Assembly (NCBI RefSeq): GCF_001194135.2
Contig: NC_068987.1
Location: 55,667,480-55,705,905 of the forward strand
From: Octopus bimaculoides
Lineage: Eukaryota
DNA length: 38,426 nt
Reading direction: 5' to 3'
A program made the position numbers and the translations under genes. This document shows, piece after piece, positions 36,410 through 38,426 of the stretch. The stretch's first letter is position 1; the number at the start of each line of letters is the position of its first letter. Below the pieces are notes generated by a model. It did not search any database. It saw nothing but the letters and a program-made list of their open reading frames with translations, and had not been told where the DNA came from.

Positions 36410-36474
<65 letters not shown>

Positions 36475-36753
36475 GAATGCTTGTATAAATGTATATGCAT
36501 GTATGTATATATAGTTATTGAAAATGTCTGTTTTATCCTAAGTTTTGAGTGTGAACCTTGATTTAGCGGGAACTATTACAGCTCTATCCGTTTTTTTTTG
36601 TGTACCAGTTCACTGCATTACCTCTTGCATTTTTTATGAGCTATCCTTTTTGTGCATCTTCGTTGCTAATTTTTTGTGGTTTGGCGTACATTTTCTTTGA
36701 ATTTGTTGTGTGATGCGTATTTTTAATAAGTTTCATTGTTATTTTGCTTTTAC

Positions 36754-37035
36754 TGGCTCTCCGTCGGTTACAAGGACGAGAGTACCGATTGATTCGATCA
36801 ACGGAACAGCCTGCTCGTCAAGTTAACGTGCAAGTGGCTAAGCACTCCACAGACACTCGTATCATTCACGTAGTCCTCGGAGAGATTCAGCGTGACGCAG
36901 AGTTCTGGCCCTTTGAATTACAGGCTCAACTCATTTTTGTTAGCTGAGTGAACTGAACCAACGTTAAATAAAGCGCCGCCGAGAAACGAAATCACGACCT
37001 TACGATCGTAAGCTGAATATCCCAACCACTAAACC
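36754..37035 (-). mobile_element. Family-A' SINE
   Basis: Reverse complement aligns to 2405-2720. Confidence 0.82.
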
Positions 37036-37552
37036 TAATTCTAAACCTAAATTTAAATCTAATTAAGGTAAAGTGCGATTTTTGTCTAAATTAACATATT
37101 ATTTTGTATTTATCGAATTGTTTTCCTCCATGTTGATGTCACGGCTAAATGGATTTTTTTTTATAGTTTTAGTTTAGGCGGAGGCTAAAAGAGTTGAAAA
37201 ACTTGTTGGCTTGTGTGTGTGTTTTCTTGTAGATCTTGTGAATCTACCTGTAAAAGTAACTACAGACATAGACATGTTTACTTATGAAAGAGCTCCAGAG
37301 TGCCGTTTACTGTAAAAGTGTTTCGTGTTTGAGTGAATTTTGCTTGTGTGTTGCCAATTTATGTAGTCAAACGATGAAGCGCTAAAAGACTTCTTTAAAA
37401 TATGTTTCTAAACAGACAGTTTGAAAGCCTGTAGCATGCATACATATCTACGTACATTCATACACAAACACATACACGAACACTTACACACATACGCACA
37501 CGCGCGCACACATACATATATACATATACACACACATACATATTCTTTTACT

Positions 37553-37890
37553 TGTTTCAGTCAATCGGCTGCGGCCATGCTGGAGCACCACCTCAAAGGG
37601 TCGAAGAAATCGACCGCAGGACTGATTCTTTGTAAGCATAGTACTTATTCTATCGATCTTCTTTGCCGAACAAGTGATGGCAGATGGGAGGGGAAAACAA
37701 ACATACACACACATAATACACACACACAAACACACACATATACAAACAGGATTCTTTCAGTTTCCGTCTACAAAATCCACTCACAAGGCTTTGGTCGTCC
37801 CGAGACTGTATTAAAAGACACTTGATCAAGGTGCCACGTTGTGGACTGAACCCGGAACTGTGGTTGGGAAGCAAGTTTCGTACCACACAG
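37553..37890 (-). mobile_element. tRNA-derived SINE, family C, with internal (TG)n
   Basis: Minus-strand head CTGTGTGGTACGAAACTTGCTTCCCAACCAC..TTCCGGGTTCAGTCC; tail GCTCCAGCATGGCCGCAGCC..TGACTGAAAC. Confidence 0.75.
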
Positions 37891-37896
37891 ATATAC

Positions 37897-37944
<48 letters not shown>

Positions 37945-37960
37945 AATTGTTTCAAGTCTT

Positions 37961-38147
37961 CGCACAAGGCCAGCAACTTTAGGGCAAAGGGGATGCTATT
38001 CGGCCCTGTACTCAAACAGTACTTTATTTTATTAACTACGAAAGGATGAAAGATAAAGTCAACTTTGGCAATATTTGAATTTAGAACATAACCAGCCGGA
38101 AGAAATACCGTTAAACATATTGCCCGACGCAATAACGATTCTGCCAT
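37961..38147 (-). mobile_element. Degenerate family-B SINE (tail type ii)
   Basis: GCACAAGGCC tail, CGAAAGGATGAAAG, TAACGATTCTGCCA. Confidence 0.75.
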
Positions 38148-38253
38148 ATGTATGTACAAATGTATATATGTATGTTCATACATGTATGTTTGCCTGTATT
38201 CATGTATGTATATGTATATTTATACATACATATATGTACATATGTGTATATAC

Positions 38254-38293
<40 letters not shown>

Positions 38294-38426
38294 CGTATGT
38301 GTATTTCGTGTGCAAGATTCTTGATGTGGATACGTGTGTTGAAAGAAATACAATTAAACCTTGGGAGAGGCATTATGCCGGTAATAAACACACGCACTGG
38401 TTCAGTCCTTTATTAATTTATATAGT

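Overview
AT-rich, repeat-dominated eukaryotic DNA with 7 assembly gaps and no confidently supported host gene. The SINE families and microsatellite load suggest an octopus or other cephalopod genome (recalled from memory, not searched). Contents: about 16 tRNA-derived SINE copies from several families, two R4/Dong-like REL LINE remnants, a 5'-truncated L1/Tx1-type LINE with a 16-bp TSD, a LINE ORF1 remnant, a CR1/L2-type endonuclease remnant, mariner, maT (DD37D spacing), Tigger/pogo and hAT DNA transposons, a probable Helitron fragment, and Penelope-like (PLE) remnants. The most notable signal is a set of minimal type I hammerhead ribozyme (HHR) motifs: near-intact ones at 6698, 26121, 28189 and 29071, plus several decayed ones. 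Seven of these motifs lie within 28.1-30.6 kb, in ORF-less fold-back or tandem elements from three unrelated sequence families. A 26-nt exact match also links the 3' tail of one SINE family to the 3' end of the Tx1-type LINE in this window. All assignments are by eye; no database search was run.
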